Of a stretch of DNA of 53,515 nucleotides, positions 19,079 to 29,624 are shown in pieces; position 1 is the first letter of the stretch, and every line of letters starts with the position of its first letter. The notes beneath the pieces are model-generated. The model saw nothing but the letters and a program-made list of their open reading frames with translations, was not told the DNA's origin and did not search any database. This DNA comes from a bacterium (GTDB lineage: Bacteria; Patescibacteriota; Dojkabacteria; JAKAPS01), in NCBI GenBank assembly GCA_021806925.1, contig JAKAPS010000007.1:1-53515 (forward strand), written 5' to 3'. The position numbers were made by a program, and so were the translations under genes.

Positions 19079-21184
19079 ATGAATACAAATAAGACTGCAA
19101 TTGTGATTAGTTTTATTCTTATTATTTTCTCCTTCATTTCCGCATTACTTCTTATATGGAGAATTCAGAGTCACAATACTATCACTCTATTAAAAACAAA
19201 CAGTGTTACAACAAATCAAGTGGCAGCAACAGCAATAAAAACTGGTACGAGTTATAGAAGCGTAACTTCGTATCCAACTGGCTGGTTTTCAAGTGGTCAA
19301 AATGCTGATCTAACTTTATCTGCAATTGGATTCAATAATGCAGGTGGTCCACTTACATTTAATCATTTAGGGAATATAGCTTCAGATGGGCGTCATTTAC
19401 TTGTTGCTGATAGAAATAACAATAGAATATTAATATGGAATTCTCTGCCTAAAAGCAATATCCCTCCAAATATAGTTTTGGGACAGGAAAATTTTACAAA
19501 TAATAATCCAGGAACAGGTATGAATAATTTAGATTGGCCTGTATCTGTAGCAACTGATGGAACACATGTTTTTGTAGCAGATACATATAACAATAGAATT
19601 TTAATATGGAATTCGTTTCCTACTAGAAATGATCAAAGCGCAGACATTGTATTAAATAATGTTGTGAACAACATACAGAACCCAACAAAGAATACAATAA
19701 TATGGCCATGGGCAGTGTGGACTAATGGGAAAAAACTCATAGTAACTTCAACTCAATCAGGTTCAGTTCTAATATGGAATTCAATTCCTACCAGAAATAA
19801 CCAACCTGCAGATATATTATTAAATGCTGGTGGGAATTTCGGGACCCCCCGTTCTATTGCAAGTGATGGTAAGACACTTATGATAGGAGATCATAATGCA
19901 AAATTAAACAATGGTAATCCAGGTAATTTCTTTTGGTCAACATTTCCTACAAAGGATAATGAACCATACAGTTCATTCATATCAACTCAATCAAATTCAC
20001 AATCACCTGGAAATGTAAGTGAGATATTTTGGGGTGGTGTATATACGCCAGATGGAAAATTTCTATCAATTGGTAATACACTTCTTGAATGGAACTCATT
20101 TCCACAGAATTCAAGTAGTTTTCCAAATATGATTATCGGAGGATCTAGTGGAGGAGTTATCACAGCAAATTCAAATGATTTATATCAATTTGATGCTGGT
20201 GATGGTTCAGGGGAGGTTCTAGCTGGCAACACACTATACGTATCATTATCAAACGGAAATAGGATTATTGGATTCAATTCTATTCCTACGACACAAAATG
20301 CTAAACCAGATTTCTCTATAGGTTCACCAAATATAAATACAAATACACTTCTAACAAATTATATAATGTCTAATCCAGTTCCAGCAACTAACGGAAAGAG
20401 TTTGTTTGTGAGTTCAGATTTTGATAAAAGTTTATATGTATATAAAAATCTGCCAAACCAATCAAATGCATATCCAGATTATGTTATTCCATATGGGGGC
20501 TGGTCCAATGCCTTATATGGGAATACTTTCGCAGAAGCAGATACACAAAGCATATATATATGGAATACTCTACCTACTAATGGTCAATTACCAAACGAAA
20601 TATTGACAAATCATATTGGAAATGTTCACTTACAGAGTGCGAAAGGTGTTGCAATAGATAGTCAATATTTCTATATATCTGATTCTGAAGCAAATAAAGT
20701 GTATGTGTTTAAGGGAATACCAACCTATAGCAGTAATCCAATATATACAATAAATGTTAATCAACCATACAGAATTTCAAGTGATGGGACATATTTAGTT
20801 GTTACAACTACACTTGATAATTTGACTGGACATGTAAAAGTATATATGGTTAATCAATTATCAAATAATATAAAGCCAATATGGACACTTACTGATAAAC
20901 AAATTCAAACAAACCTACCAGAAAGTGCTGTGGTCTCACATGGAAGTTTGTTTATTGCTGATACTGGTTTTAACAGAGTGTTAATATGGAAAAATATTAC
21001 AGAAGCAATTCAGGGAAAACAACCAGATACTGTTTTAGGGGAGTCTATACTATCCCCAATTCTAGTTCCGCAAATAGGAACATCAACTTTATTCTGGCCT
21101 TCCAATGTAGCGTTTGATGGAAGTTTTTTATGGGTAGGTGAATTTAAATTTTCTGAAAGACTGCTTCGTTATTCAGTTCATTAA
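19079..21184 (+). CDS. Membrane-anchored NHL-like repeat beta-propeller surface protein
   Basis: N-terminal TM; repeated units SDG..L.VAD..NNRILIWNS.P; Asn/Thr rich. Confidence 0.8.
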   Translation: MNTNKTAIVISFILIIFSFISALLLIWRIQSHNTITLLKTNSVTTNQVAATAIKTGTSYRSVTSYPTGWFSSGQNADLTLSAIGFNNAGGPLTFNHLGNIASDGRHLLVADRNNNRILIWNSLPKSNIPPNIVLGQENFTNNNPGTGMNNLDWPVSVATDGTHVFVADTYNNRILIWNSFPTRNDQSADIVLNNVVNNIQNPTKNTIIWPWAVWTNGKKLIVTSTQSGSVLIWNSIPTRNNQPADILLNAGGNFGTPRSIASDGKTLMIGDHNAKLNNGNPGNFFWSTFPTKDNEPYSSFISTQSNSQSPGNVSEIFWGGVYTPDGKFLSIGNTLLEWNSFPQNSSSFPNMIIGGSSGGVITANSNDLYQFDAGDGSGEVLAGNTLYVSLSNGNRIIGFNSIPTTQNAKPDFSIGSPNINTNTLLTNYIMSNPVPATNGKSLFVSSDFDKSLYVYKNLPNQSNAYPDYVIPYGGWSNALYGNTFAEADTQSIYIWNTLPTNGQLPNEILTNHIGNVHLQSAKGVAIDSQYFYISDSEANKVYVFKGIPTYSSNPIYTINVNQPYRISSDGTYLVVTTTLDNLTGHVKVYMVNQLSNNIKPIWTLTDKQIQTNLPESAVVSHGSLFIADTGFNRVLIWKNITEAIQGKQPDTVLGESILSPILVPQIGTSTLFWPSNVAFDGSFLWVGEFKFSERLLRYSVH

Positions 21185-21213
21185 TAGTAGGAGGTGAATT
21201 TATATATATAATT

Positions 21214-21477
21214 ATGGACAAATTTATAAAGATAATTAAGGATATTTCAAATATACTTTTTATTGTGAATGGTGTTATATGGTTGATTATTGGCATAGTA
21301 ATCATATTTGCAATAGTACGAGTTGGGACTTCTGGAGTTGAACAGGTTATAGGTGGTACAGTTGGAACTCAGCAACAGCAGGGTACCCAAGTTAACGGTC
21401 AACCGGTAGGAGTTCAACAACAAATGCAACCGAGTCAGGTTATTCCAAGTAATCAACAAAATGTATATCCTTCTTAA
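21214..21477 (+). CDS. Small membrane protein with a Gln-rich tail
   Basis: AGGAGGTG SD upstream, one long TM, Q/G/V-rich C-terminus. Confidence 0.65.
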   Translation: MDKFIKIIKDISNILFIVNGVIWLIIGIVIIFAIVRVGTSGVEQVIGGTVGTQQQQGTQVNGQPVGVQQQMQPSQVIPSNQQNVYPS

Positions 21478-22240
21478 ATGGTTTTATATGGATTGCAACT
21501 GTGGGTTGTATATATCCAAGGATAAGTAACTCATAGTAATGTGATCACGAATAATACTTTTATATAGGCTTTTTTAGAGGTTCTTATTTCTTTACGACAT
21601 CACCACAGTGTGTATAAACTTGACTATAGTTTTTCCTTAAGTAGTATTCGTATGATTAAGGAATATCAATATATATGAATATCTTCGCGCCATGCAATAG
21701 GTGAGGTGGGATCCTCCAGAACACCTTGGAAGAGTTGATGACCTTTCTTCTATTTTCTATCTTTTCTTGCAACAAAGTAGGAACAGTTTTATGTTTCTGA
21801 CAACAAGTTATTCACTCTTCCTCACATCTATTTACTCCATCTGTGCTTCACTTGATCTTTTTTTTTAGTACTATTACAACTTCTATTGGTAGGAGGTGGA
21901 CATATCCAGTCGGACTTTACACAGACTCCAAGAATATCACCATTAATAATTACAGAAGGTACAACACAGTAAATATAGAGCATATTGAGATTATTTTAGC
22001 AGTAATACTTAATTCACCCTTACCGATAAGATATATGTATATAAGTGCCTAAATACAGCACATACTATTCCACCTGCAAAGCCAAGTATCATATCGTTAA
22101 AATGAATTCCACTAAAAAATGAAAACATAAAGAAAGCAATTGCAGGTGAAATATATTTAAAACTTTTTTCAATAATACCTTACTTGCTGATATACATATT
22201 CTATATATTAACGCATTAGAAATTTATTAGTCAACGATTA

Positions 22241-22963
22241 TTAGAGCAGTCTAAACATATTACTAATCCCAACTTTTTGATATGATAATTTTTTATACAG
22301 ATTAATAGCTTTTCCAGATGAATCTGTTCTTAAAAATATAGTTTTACCAATATACATATTCTCTAACTCATGTATAAACATTTCCATATAGCCTCTATTC
22401 CTGAATTCAGGAAGTGTTGATATTGAATATATATATATGTATTCGTTAAAATTATATGTAAGAATAATAGAAACAGGTTTACTATTAACTGTTCCTAAAA
22501 AGTATTTAAACCCAGAATTAATGTTTCTAACTAGAGCTTCATCAGAATTTATAAGTTTGTTATTTAATTTTGAATCATTGTTATAGTTATTTAACCATGT
22601 AATAGAATATATCCTTGATATTTCAAAAAGATTATTTCCTTCTAATCCGTCCTCAAGCCTTATACTTTCATCCTTTAACTTATACTCATTGTCTGGTTTG
22701 AAGAAAAACCATGTTGAACTTGATTCAAGTTTATACATATCACCTATGCAACTGCTGTAAGATGACTCTTCATTGTCCTTAATTAGTATCCTTGGATAAG
22801 TTATATATTTATCAATACTCAATTGATTATTCATCGCAAACATAAAATTTGAAGACTTTACTGGAAATATAACAAAAGCAAAATCATTCTTTTCAATCAA
22901 TACTGCATTGTTATATTTTTTTAAGAATTCTACCCAAACATATATACATTTATCTAAATCCAT
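22241..22963 (-). CDS. GNAT family acetyltransferase
   Basis: ISTLPEFRNRGY acetyl-CoA motif and AINLYKKLSY. Confidence 0.85.
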   Translation of the reverse strand: MDLDKCIYVWVEFLKKYNNAVLIEKNDFAFVIFPVKSSNFMFAMNNQLSIDKYITYPRILIKDNEESSYSSCIGDMYKLESSSTWFFFKPDNEYKLKDESIRLEDGLEGNNLFEISRIYSITWLNNYNNDSKLNNKLINSDEALVRNINSGFKYFLGTVNSKPVSIILTYNFNEYIYIYSISTLPEFRNRGYMEMFIHELENMYIGKTIFLRTDSSGKAINLYKKLSYQKVGISNMFRLL

Positions 22964-23040
22964 GTGTGAAATACAACACTCCCCTTATGTATATTAACCA
23001 TTAAGATTATACTAAAACAAAGAGGGGAGTAGTAGATATT

Positions 23041-23529
23041 TTAAACAACTGAATAAGCGACACTATCAACGTAATTACCATTTTCATATACCTTTATCAT
23101 GTAACTACCAGTTGGATAATCCAATCCACCTGATTTGTTCCAATTGAAATAGAAATATGGTACACCAGAGGTTCCAACAGTCGCCTGCATACTGTCAATA
23201 AAGTTATTATTATAGTATCTTACATATGTAAATACATCTGTATTTTTTGAGTTCTTTAGATCAAGGACCATGTAGATATTTCTATCTACTTTACTATTAA
23301 ATACGTATGTCTCACCATTTGCAGATGCATTTGATGCAATAGATCTGCTCATTTGGACTTTCACTACATCGTTGTAGCTTGGTACAGTAGAAGTATTAAA
23401 ATTTATTAGTTGCTTTTGCGGGAAAAAAGAATAAAGAAAAAGCATTGCTAAAAGTCCTATTGCAAAACCAGTTAATGCAAGAATCCATTTATCACCATTC
23501 TCAGTTGTTATTTTACTTAAATTAAACAT
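23041..23529 (-). CDS. Membrane-anchored protein with an Ig-like beta domain
   Basis: TM followed by a domain paralogous to the C-terminus of 24028-25032. Confidence 0.7.
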   Translation of the reverse strand: MFNLSKITTENGDKWILALTGFAIGLLAMLFLYSFFPQKQLINFNTSTVPSYNDVVKVQMSRSIASNASANGETYVFNSKVDRNIYMVLDLKNSKNTDVFTYVRYYNNNFIDSMQATVGTSGVPYFYFNWNKSGGLDYPTGSYMIKVYENGNYVDSVAYSVV

Positions 23530-23560
23530 TTTAATTTTCCTTTTCTATATATACACACAT

Positions 23561-23992
23561 TTAATCTCCCTTTGTAGGAGTTGCACTAACTGTTGTTGTA
23601 GCAGTTACACTTAAAGTAGCTGTTGGGGTAGTTGTTGATTTAGACCCATCTGTTCCATCAGTTGATTTTGAATCTGTCGCATCAGAAGATGAAGAACTAT
23701 CAGTATTTGATGAAGATGATTCACTTTCAATTTCTTTTTCAACTTCACTTCCTGTATCAGTTTCACTTATCTTTGATGAAGCAGTATCTCCAGCAGTTTG
23801 ATTTTCATTTTGAGTTACACTATTAACAATAGTACTAATTCCTGGAACTGAAGCATCAGCTTGTATCCCTTGTTTTATAGTATTCGTGTAATCACTTGCA
23901 GATGATGCAAATACTGATTTAATTGAAAAATAACTAAATATACCAAGCATAAAAAAAAGTATAAATATAGTTATTTTGGCAGTTTTACTCAT
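23561..23992 (-). CDS. Secreted Ser/Thr-rich low-complexity protein
   Basis: Signal peptide ending VFA; S/T/D-rich tail. Confidence 0.7.
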   Translation of the reverse strand: MSKTAKITIFILFFMLGIFSYFSIKSVFASSASDYTNTIKQGIQADASVPGISTIVNSVTQNENQTAGDTASSKISETDTGSEVEKEIESESSSSNTDSSSSSDATDSKSTDGTDGSKSTTTPTATLSVTATTTVSATPTKGD

Positions 23993-24027
23993 ATAAAATT
24001 GTCACCCCCTTTATTAAATTCATTTTC

Positions 24028-25032
24028 TTATATAATTGTATAATAAATACTAGTATAATAGTAACCATTTATAAAAAGCTTTAATTCATAGTTTCCTGAT
24101 GGGTAATTTGAACCAGTTGGCTTCACCCAGGAAAAATCAAAATACCCATTTGAAATACTTGATGGAGGAACTGCTGCACGAGCGTCAATATAGTAATTGT
24201 TATAATATCTAACATATGATATTGCAGTGCTGGAAGTTACATTAGTAACATGCAGTGCAGCATATATACCAGATGTATTACTTGGAAATGTACTCATAGA
24301 GTTAGCAGGTGCACCACTTGCAGTTAAACTGTTTGTCATAGATACTGATACTATGTTTGGATATACTGAACCAGAACTACTTGAGACTGTGTAAGACGAA
24401 TTGTTATTTTGACTTGCTGTAGGAGTAGGTGTTACCATTGCTTTTATTGTATTTAGCATTGTCTGAGCAGATTTGTAGTTGGAATCTGCTGGTATTACAT
24501 TTGCAAGGTCTGATAACGCACAACTATAATTCTTTGAATTATAGCAACTTAATCCAGAATTATACGCAGTAACTGATTTACTAATATCACCAAGTAAAAC
24601 AGTGATTTTCAATAAATAATTTTGTGAAGAAGTATAAAGACTAGATGTAGACTGAACAGATGAAAATTGCGTTTGTGCAAGTACATAATTATTTTTGTTA
24701 TATTCACTTACTCCATTGTTAAAATCATTTATTGAATTAATCTGACCAGTTGAATAGGCAAGTCCATTGCTTGCTATACTTCTATTAAATATAGAGTACT
24801 TAAGTGCTAATTTATACATGGTATTAGCAGAATAAAAATTGCTTTTCTTTATATCATCCTGTGCATTTGAAATTATGAAATAACTGAATAAATAATCACC
24901 GAGAATAAATAAGACAACAATTATTCCAAAAGCAATTGATACGAATTTAAAAGATTTGAGATTTAAATATTTCCTTTTGAACTTAATCCACAGATTCCTT
25001 ATATCCTTCTTTAAAAAAATTAAAAATACCAT
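24028..25032 (-). CDS. Membrane-anchored protein with TPR-like helices, a S/T linker and an Ig-like domain
   Basis: TM, two G..Y...NY..A helical repeats, TPTPT linker, beta domain. Confidence 0.7.
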   Translation of the reverse strand: MVFLIFLKKDIRNLWIKFKRKYLNLKSFKFVSIAFGIIVVLFILGDYLFSYFIISNAQDDIKKSNFYSANTMYKLALKYSIFNRSIASNGLAYSTGQINSINDFNNGVSEYNKNNYVLAQTQFSSVQSTSSLYTSSQNYLLKITVLLGDISKSVTAYNSGLSCYNSKNYSCALSDLANVIPADSNYKSAQTMLNTIKAMVTPTPTASQNNNSSYTVSSSSGSVYPNIVSVSMTNSLTASGAPANSMSTFPSNTSGIYAALHVTNVTSSTAISYVRYYNNYYIDARAAVPPSSISNGYFDFSWVKPTGSNYPSGNYELKLFINGYYYTSIYYTII

Positions 25033-25096
25033 TATCTAAATATATAAAGTTATATGTTCAGTAAAAGTATAAATAATAAATTAAATATGTGTCAAA

Positions 25097-26380
25097 TTAT
25101 ATTAATTCCTTTAAGACTTGAGGAATATTAAATGAGCCATCTTCATTCTGGTTATTCTCAATAATAGCTTTAATTAACCTTCCTGTAAATCCAGTAGCAT
25201 CATTAGTATAGCAATATACTTTTTCTCCACTCTTTTCATCAATATATTTAATATTCAGTCCTCTAGATTGATAATCACCATTGAAATCAGCAGAATGTGT
25301 TTCCCTATATCTATTCTCCGAAGGCATCCATGTTTCCATATCAGTTTGAGTCAAATTAGTAAATCCCATATCACCAGTGCATAAACGCATTTCTTGAAAT
25401 GGTAAACCCAGGCTGTTAATTAAATACCTCTCAATAGCAGTCAATAATTTATGTTCTTCAATACCTTCTTCAGTGTTCGATATGCTAATCATTTCTGCTT
25501 TATCAAATTGGTGTAATCTAAGAACACCTTTTAGATCCTTTCCATAACTTCCAGATTCTCTTCTCAAGCATGTACTTATTCCAACCATTCTAATAGGTAG
25601 TTCAGACTCTTTTAGAATTCTATCCATAAACATTGGCATAAGTGTATGTTCACTACTACCAACTAAAAACAGATCATCGTTTGGAATATAATATTTATCA
25701 TCCATAGGGTCCCTCCTGCCTGTTTTTGCAAATACTTCGTTTTTAATCATAATTGGAGGAATAACAGGAACAAATGCCTTGTAATTCTTGGTGTTTATTC
25801 CATTCTTAACTATTGTATCTTTAATAAATTCTGAATCTGTCACAAGTTTAAAAAAATATCTTGTTAAAGCTAATTGAAGCATAACCGCCTCTGCTTTAAA
25901 ATATACAAACCTGCTACCTGCTACATTAACACCAGATTTAAAATCAAAATACCCCATCTTTTCACCTAAATCATGATCACTTAATGGAGTAAAGCTAAAA
26001 TCTCTTATTTTCCCGTATTTTTCGACAACAACATTCATTGTTTCATCAATACCTATTGGAACATCTTTTAATGGGACATTAGGAATTTTAGACAAATTTA
26101 AAATATACTCCTCTTCAAATTTATTCATTTCTTTTTCAAGAACAGACAGTCTTTCCTTTATTTTTCTTCCAGTTTCTATTGCCTCTTTGTTATTTCCTAT
26201 ACCATTTTGTTTTGAATTTGATTTCCTCTCAGAGTTTAATTCTTCAATTTCATTCTTTAATTTTGAGTATTCAGAATATGATTTTATACATTGTTCAACT
26301 ACTTTAGGGTCTCTTTGCCTATTTTTCATTGCATCTTCAACCGCTGATTGATTTTCTATTACAAAACGTATATTTAGCAT
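25097..26380 (-). CDS. serS: Serine--tRNA ligase
   Basis: N-terminal coiled coil, IPNVP..DVP.G, GSRF, RRESGSYGKD..G..RLHQF.K.E and LCTGD motifs. Confidence 0.96.
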   Translation of the reverse strand: MLNIRFVIENQSAVEDAMKNRQRDPKVVEQCIKSYSEYSKLKNEIEELNSERKSNSKQNGIGNNKEAIETGRKIKERLSVLEKEMNKFEEEYILNLSKIPNVPLKDVPIGIDETMNVVVEKYGKIRDFSFTPLSDHDLGEKMGYFDFKSGVNVAGSRFVYFKAEAVMLQLALTRYFFKLVTDSEFIKDTIVKNGINTKNYKAFVPVIPPIMIKNEVFAKTGRRDPMDDKYYIPNDDLFLVGSSEHTLMPMFMDRILKESELPIRMVGISTCLRRESGSYGKDLKGVLRLHQFDKAEMISISNTEEGIEEHKLLTAIERYLINSLGLPFQEMRLCTGDMGFTNLTQTDMETWMPSENRYRETHSADFNGDYQSRGLNIKYIDEKSGEKVYCYTNDATGFTGRLIKAIIENNQNEDGSFNIPQVLKELI

Positions 26381-26431
26381 ATATTTTTATGTTAATATAT
26401 ATCAGGAAATATTTCAAATATTGCGGTATAT

Positions 26432-27178
26432 ATGTTATTTGAAGGTAAAATAGATGTTCATTTATTAAATTTAATAAATGCTATAAGAAAAACAAAAAGC
26501 AAAGCTAAACTGCTTAATTTAAATTATGAGATATTAAAGGTTGAGAGATTCATAACAACACCAGACAGATTACAAAATAGTGCTGATAGTTATTTCTCAA
26601 CAATACTGGATATATACAGCAATCGACCATACAATACACCAATATTTAATGAATTGTTATGTAAAGCATATAAAGAATATGGAATTATAAAGTTATATAA
26701 CTCCAACTACATATATTCTGAAGAATTACTCAAAAAATCCCTAGATCTTTCAATACAATATAACTTTAATTCTGAACATGTATTAATACAAAGCTATATA
26801 GATTTGCTGCTTAATATAGATAAGACATTCATTTATGAATCAATTGATGAATATATAGATGTAGATAAAGCATTAATGATTGTGCGTATGAATCACGAAT
26901 ATGTGATTGAACTATTAATTAATAAAGCAATTATTCAATTAAGAAATATGAACTATGATAAAGCATACATGCTGTTAAATATGTCAGAGCAATATATATA
27001 TTCAAATCTGCTTACAAGCAGATATTTACTCTATTTATGCGAAATATATGGATTATGCTGTAAATGTAAAATTGATACAGAAACATACGCAAATAAATTT
27101 GAAACAGTATTTATTCAATTAGAAAAACCATTGAAAACATACATATTGAATAGATTAAGGATATTCTGTTATTATTAG
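26432..27178 (+). CDS. Hypothetical helical (TPR-like) protein
   Basis: 248-aa ORF with helical repeat character and no catalytic motif. Confidence 0.5.
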   Translation: MLFEGKIDVHLLNLINAIRKTKSKAKLLNLNYEILKVERFITTPDRLQNSADSYFSTILDIYSNRPYNTPIFNELLCKAYKEYGIIKLYNSNYIYSEELLKKSLDLSIQYNFNSEHVLIQSYIDLLLNIDKTFIYESIDEYIDVDKALMIVRMNHEYVIELLINKAIIQLRNMNYDKAYMLLNMSEQYIYSNLLTSRYLLYLCEIYGLCCKCKIDTETYANKFETVFIQLEKPLKTYILNRLRIFCYY

Positions 27179-27254
27179 CACTCACCACCACCACTTGACA
27201 AAATAAACAAACTGATGTTTAATATTAGAAGTGAGAGGAGGTGAAGAGTGATAA
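27175..27254 (+). promoter_or_regulatory. hsp20 promoter flanked by CIRCE-like half sites
   Basis: TTAGCACTC (27175-83), TTGACA (27195-200)-N17-TTTAAT, GAGTGATAA (27246-54). Confidence 0.6.
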
Positions 27255-27267
27255 AATTCGAAAACTT

Positions 27268-27672
27268 ATGAAATATATAAAACTATATAACCCAATAAGT
27301 AATATTGACCCTATTAATGACATGATTGGCTTTGATCCATTCTTCAATACTCAATCAATGCCAGCAAATATATGGGAAGATGAAACAAATGTTTATGTAG
27401 AAATTTCATTACCTGGATTCAAAAAAGAAAATATAAAGATTAATATTTCTGGTAACAAACTTTTCATTACAGCAGAGTCATCAAAAGAAGATTCTGAAAA
27501 GAAAGGTAAATATCATAAACATGAATTCAGCTATAAATCAATAACAAGAAATTTTGATTTACCTGAAACTGTTTCACAAAATGATGTTACAGCAACTTTT
27601 GAAAATGGAATACTTAATGTAAAACTTAAGAAACAAACAAGTGCAATATCAAAAGAAGTTGTAATAGAGTAA
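27268..27672 (+). CDS. Hsp20/alpha-crystallin small heat-shock protein
   Basis: NIWED, LPGFKKENIKI, RNFDLP and ATFENGILNV motifs; ATG at 27268 preferred over GTG at 27241. Confidence 0.93.
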   Translation: MKYIKLYNPISNIDPINDMIGFDPFFNTQSMPANIWEDETNVYVEISLPGFKKENIKINISGNKLFITAESSKEDSEKKGKYHKHEFSYKSITRNFDLPETVSQNDVTATFENGILNVKLKKQTSAISKEVVIE

Positions 27673-27683
27673 CAAAATACATA

Positions 27684-27732
27684 ACCCTCTACACGATTAA
27701 TATTTGCCTCAAACGTGTAGGGGGTCTATTTT
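27684..27732 (+). terminator. Putative intrinsic terminator hairpin
   Basis: ACCCTCTACACG / CGTGTAGGGGGT stem followed by CTATTTT, between convergent genes. Confidence 0.6.
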
Positions 27733-27808
27733 AAAATAGGAAAACTACTTTTACAAAGCTAAAAACAACAGCAATCGAGTATGTTTAATACAACACAATC
27801 ATAATATA

Positions 27809-28198
27809 TTATCTTCCTTCTTTTATAATTCTGAAGACTTTATCAATATCATTTTTATCTATAGGAGGTACAATTTTAAATGAAGGCTTTATGTGAATAT
27901 GCACGTGTGGAACTACTTGTCCACTTGTCTCACCGTTGTTTTGCGTAAGCTTAAATCCATCGGCATTTAGTATATTGATCAACATTTTAGAGACATGCTT
28001 TACTTCTACTATAAATACAGATAGATCCTCATCATTAAAATCCATAATTGTTCTTACATGTATTTTAGGAACTACAAGAGTATGGGCAAAGCAAGTCGGA
28101 TCAATATCCAAGAATGATATAACATTATCATTTTCATAAACTATATATGATGGTAAATCTCTTCTTATTATTTTACAAAACACGCAATTATCTTCCAT
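27809..28198 (-). CDS. HIT family nucleotide hydrolase
   Basis: CVFCKII, FLDIDP and GQVVPHVHIH motifs. Confidence 0.93.
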   Translation of the reverse strand: MEDNCVFCKIIRRDLPSYIVYENDNVISFLDIDPTCFAHTLVVPKIHVRTIMDFNDEDLSVFIVEVKHVSKMLINILNADGFKLTQNNGETSGQVVPHVHIHIKPSFKIVPPIDKNDIDKVFRIIKEGR

Positions 28199-29297
28199 AT
28201 ATTTTTATATTATTATACACTTCCTCATATACTTCAATAGTTCTCTTTGCAGTATTATCCCATGTAAATCTTAGGGAATTTATATGACCATTTTTTATAA
28301 GATTTTGTCTTTTTATTTCATTATCCAGTAAGCTTTTTATACTCTCATAAAGTTCATCTAATGAATTTGGATTAAAGTATATACAACACTCATCACTCCC
28401 TCCAATCTCTCTGTGGCATGAAGCATCAGATGCAATTACTGGAACAAAATGCCTTTGCCCCTCCACTATAGGAAAAGAGAATCCTTCATAAAATGAAGGC
28501 ATTACTAAACAAAATGCTTTCGATGTTAGGGCATTCTTCTCTATATCAGTTACATAATCACAATATATTGTATATTTATCTTCAATCTTCTTGTAACCAG
28601 GAAGTGTTTTTCCAATAACAACCAAGGGAATTTTCAATTTACTTGCTGCTTTAGCTAATATATCTATGTTCTTTCTTTTTTCTAAACTCCCAATATATAT
28701 TATATATTTTTCTGGGATATTAAATTTTTTGAAGACATCTTTGCTATCACTCTCACTAACATCTAATGTATCCACTCCTAAATATACCACTCTTATCTTC
28801 TCTGGATTAATTTTAAGATATTTGACAACATCGTTCCTCGTCCATTCTGAATTCGCTATCAACATACTAGAGTGCTTTATTGAAGAATACAGAAAGTGTT
28901 TCCAATAAAATTTTGAAATTGGAGTCCTGTATTCAATTGGGTATATTAAAGGAATTATATCATGAACTGTTAATATAATTTTCTTCTTAGGATAGAATAG
29001 GGGAGAAGAGAATCCAGTTATATGCACTATATCAACTTTCTTGTTTGATAATATAACAGGTCGCTCAAGTTGATCATATATAAATCTCTTTGGTGTACTT
29101 AAATCACCACTAAATATTTTTGAAGAAAATTCATTGATTGCAAATTTTTTCTTATCAGAAAACTTCTTAAGAGAATTAAATAATTCATATGAGTATACAC
29201 CTATTCCGGTTTTTTTCCCTTTACCAGGTTGTGTATCAACAAATACATTACATATCCTGCTACTTGTGTTTCCATTATTGTTTACTTTTTCATACAT
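28188..29297 (-). CDS. GT4 family glycosyltransferase
   Basis: TVHDIIP, IGSLEKRKN, PSFYEGF and FTW..TA motifs. Confidence 0.92.
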   Translation of the reverse strand: MYEKVNNNGNTSSRICNVFVDTQPGKGKKTGIGVYSYELFNSLKKFSDKKKFAINEFSSKIFSGDLSTPKRFIYDQLERPVILSNKKVDIVHITGFSSPLFYPKKKIILTVHDIIPLIYPIEYRTPISKFYWKHFLYSSIKHSSMLIANSEWTRNDVVKYLKINPEKIRVVYLGVDTLDVSESDSKDVFKKFNIPEKYIIYIGSLEKRKNIDILAKAASKLKIPLVVIGKTLPGYKKIEDKYTIYCDYVTDIEKNALTSKAFCLVMPSFYEGFSFPIVEGQRHFVPVIASDASCHREIGGSDECCIYFNPNSLDELYESIKSLLDNEIKRQNLIKNGHINSLRFTWDNTAKRTIEVYEEVYNNIKIYGR

Positions 29298-29409
29298 AAA
29301 ATTTAACTACTTGAATCATTATATATAATAAAATATATTAATGGATAATATTCTTCTAATAGTTTGAGAAATAGAAGAAAAACTGCTAAACAAAAAATTA
29401 ACTCAAATG

Positions 29410-29488
29410 CAAAAAAGAAAATAATAGAGTAGAGAAAAAAAGTAAAGAAGAAGAAGAAGAGAGAGAAAAAAAAAAAAAAAAAAAAAAA
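29410..29488 (+). repeat. Purine-rich low-complexity tract ending in A23
   Basis: (GAA)n and (GA)n repeats followed by 23 consecutive A (29466-29488). Confidence 0.85.
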
Positions 29489-29624
29489 TAGATTTGCTTA
29501 TGTTATAATTTTTTAGATTATTTTTGAATTGATTTTGATACTTATATTTATCTTATTTGAAACAAAAATAAAGCAAATGAAGTATATATTTTATAGTTAG
29601 TAAAAATGATGTAATTAATTTGAA

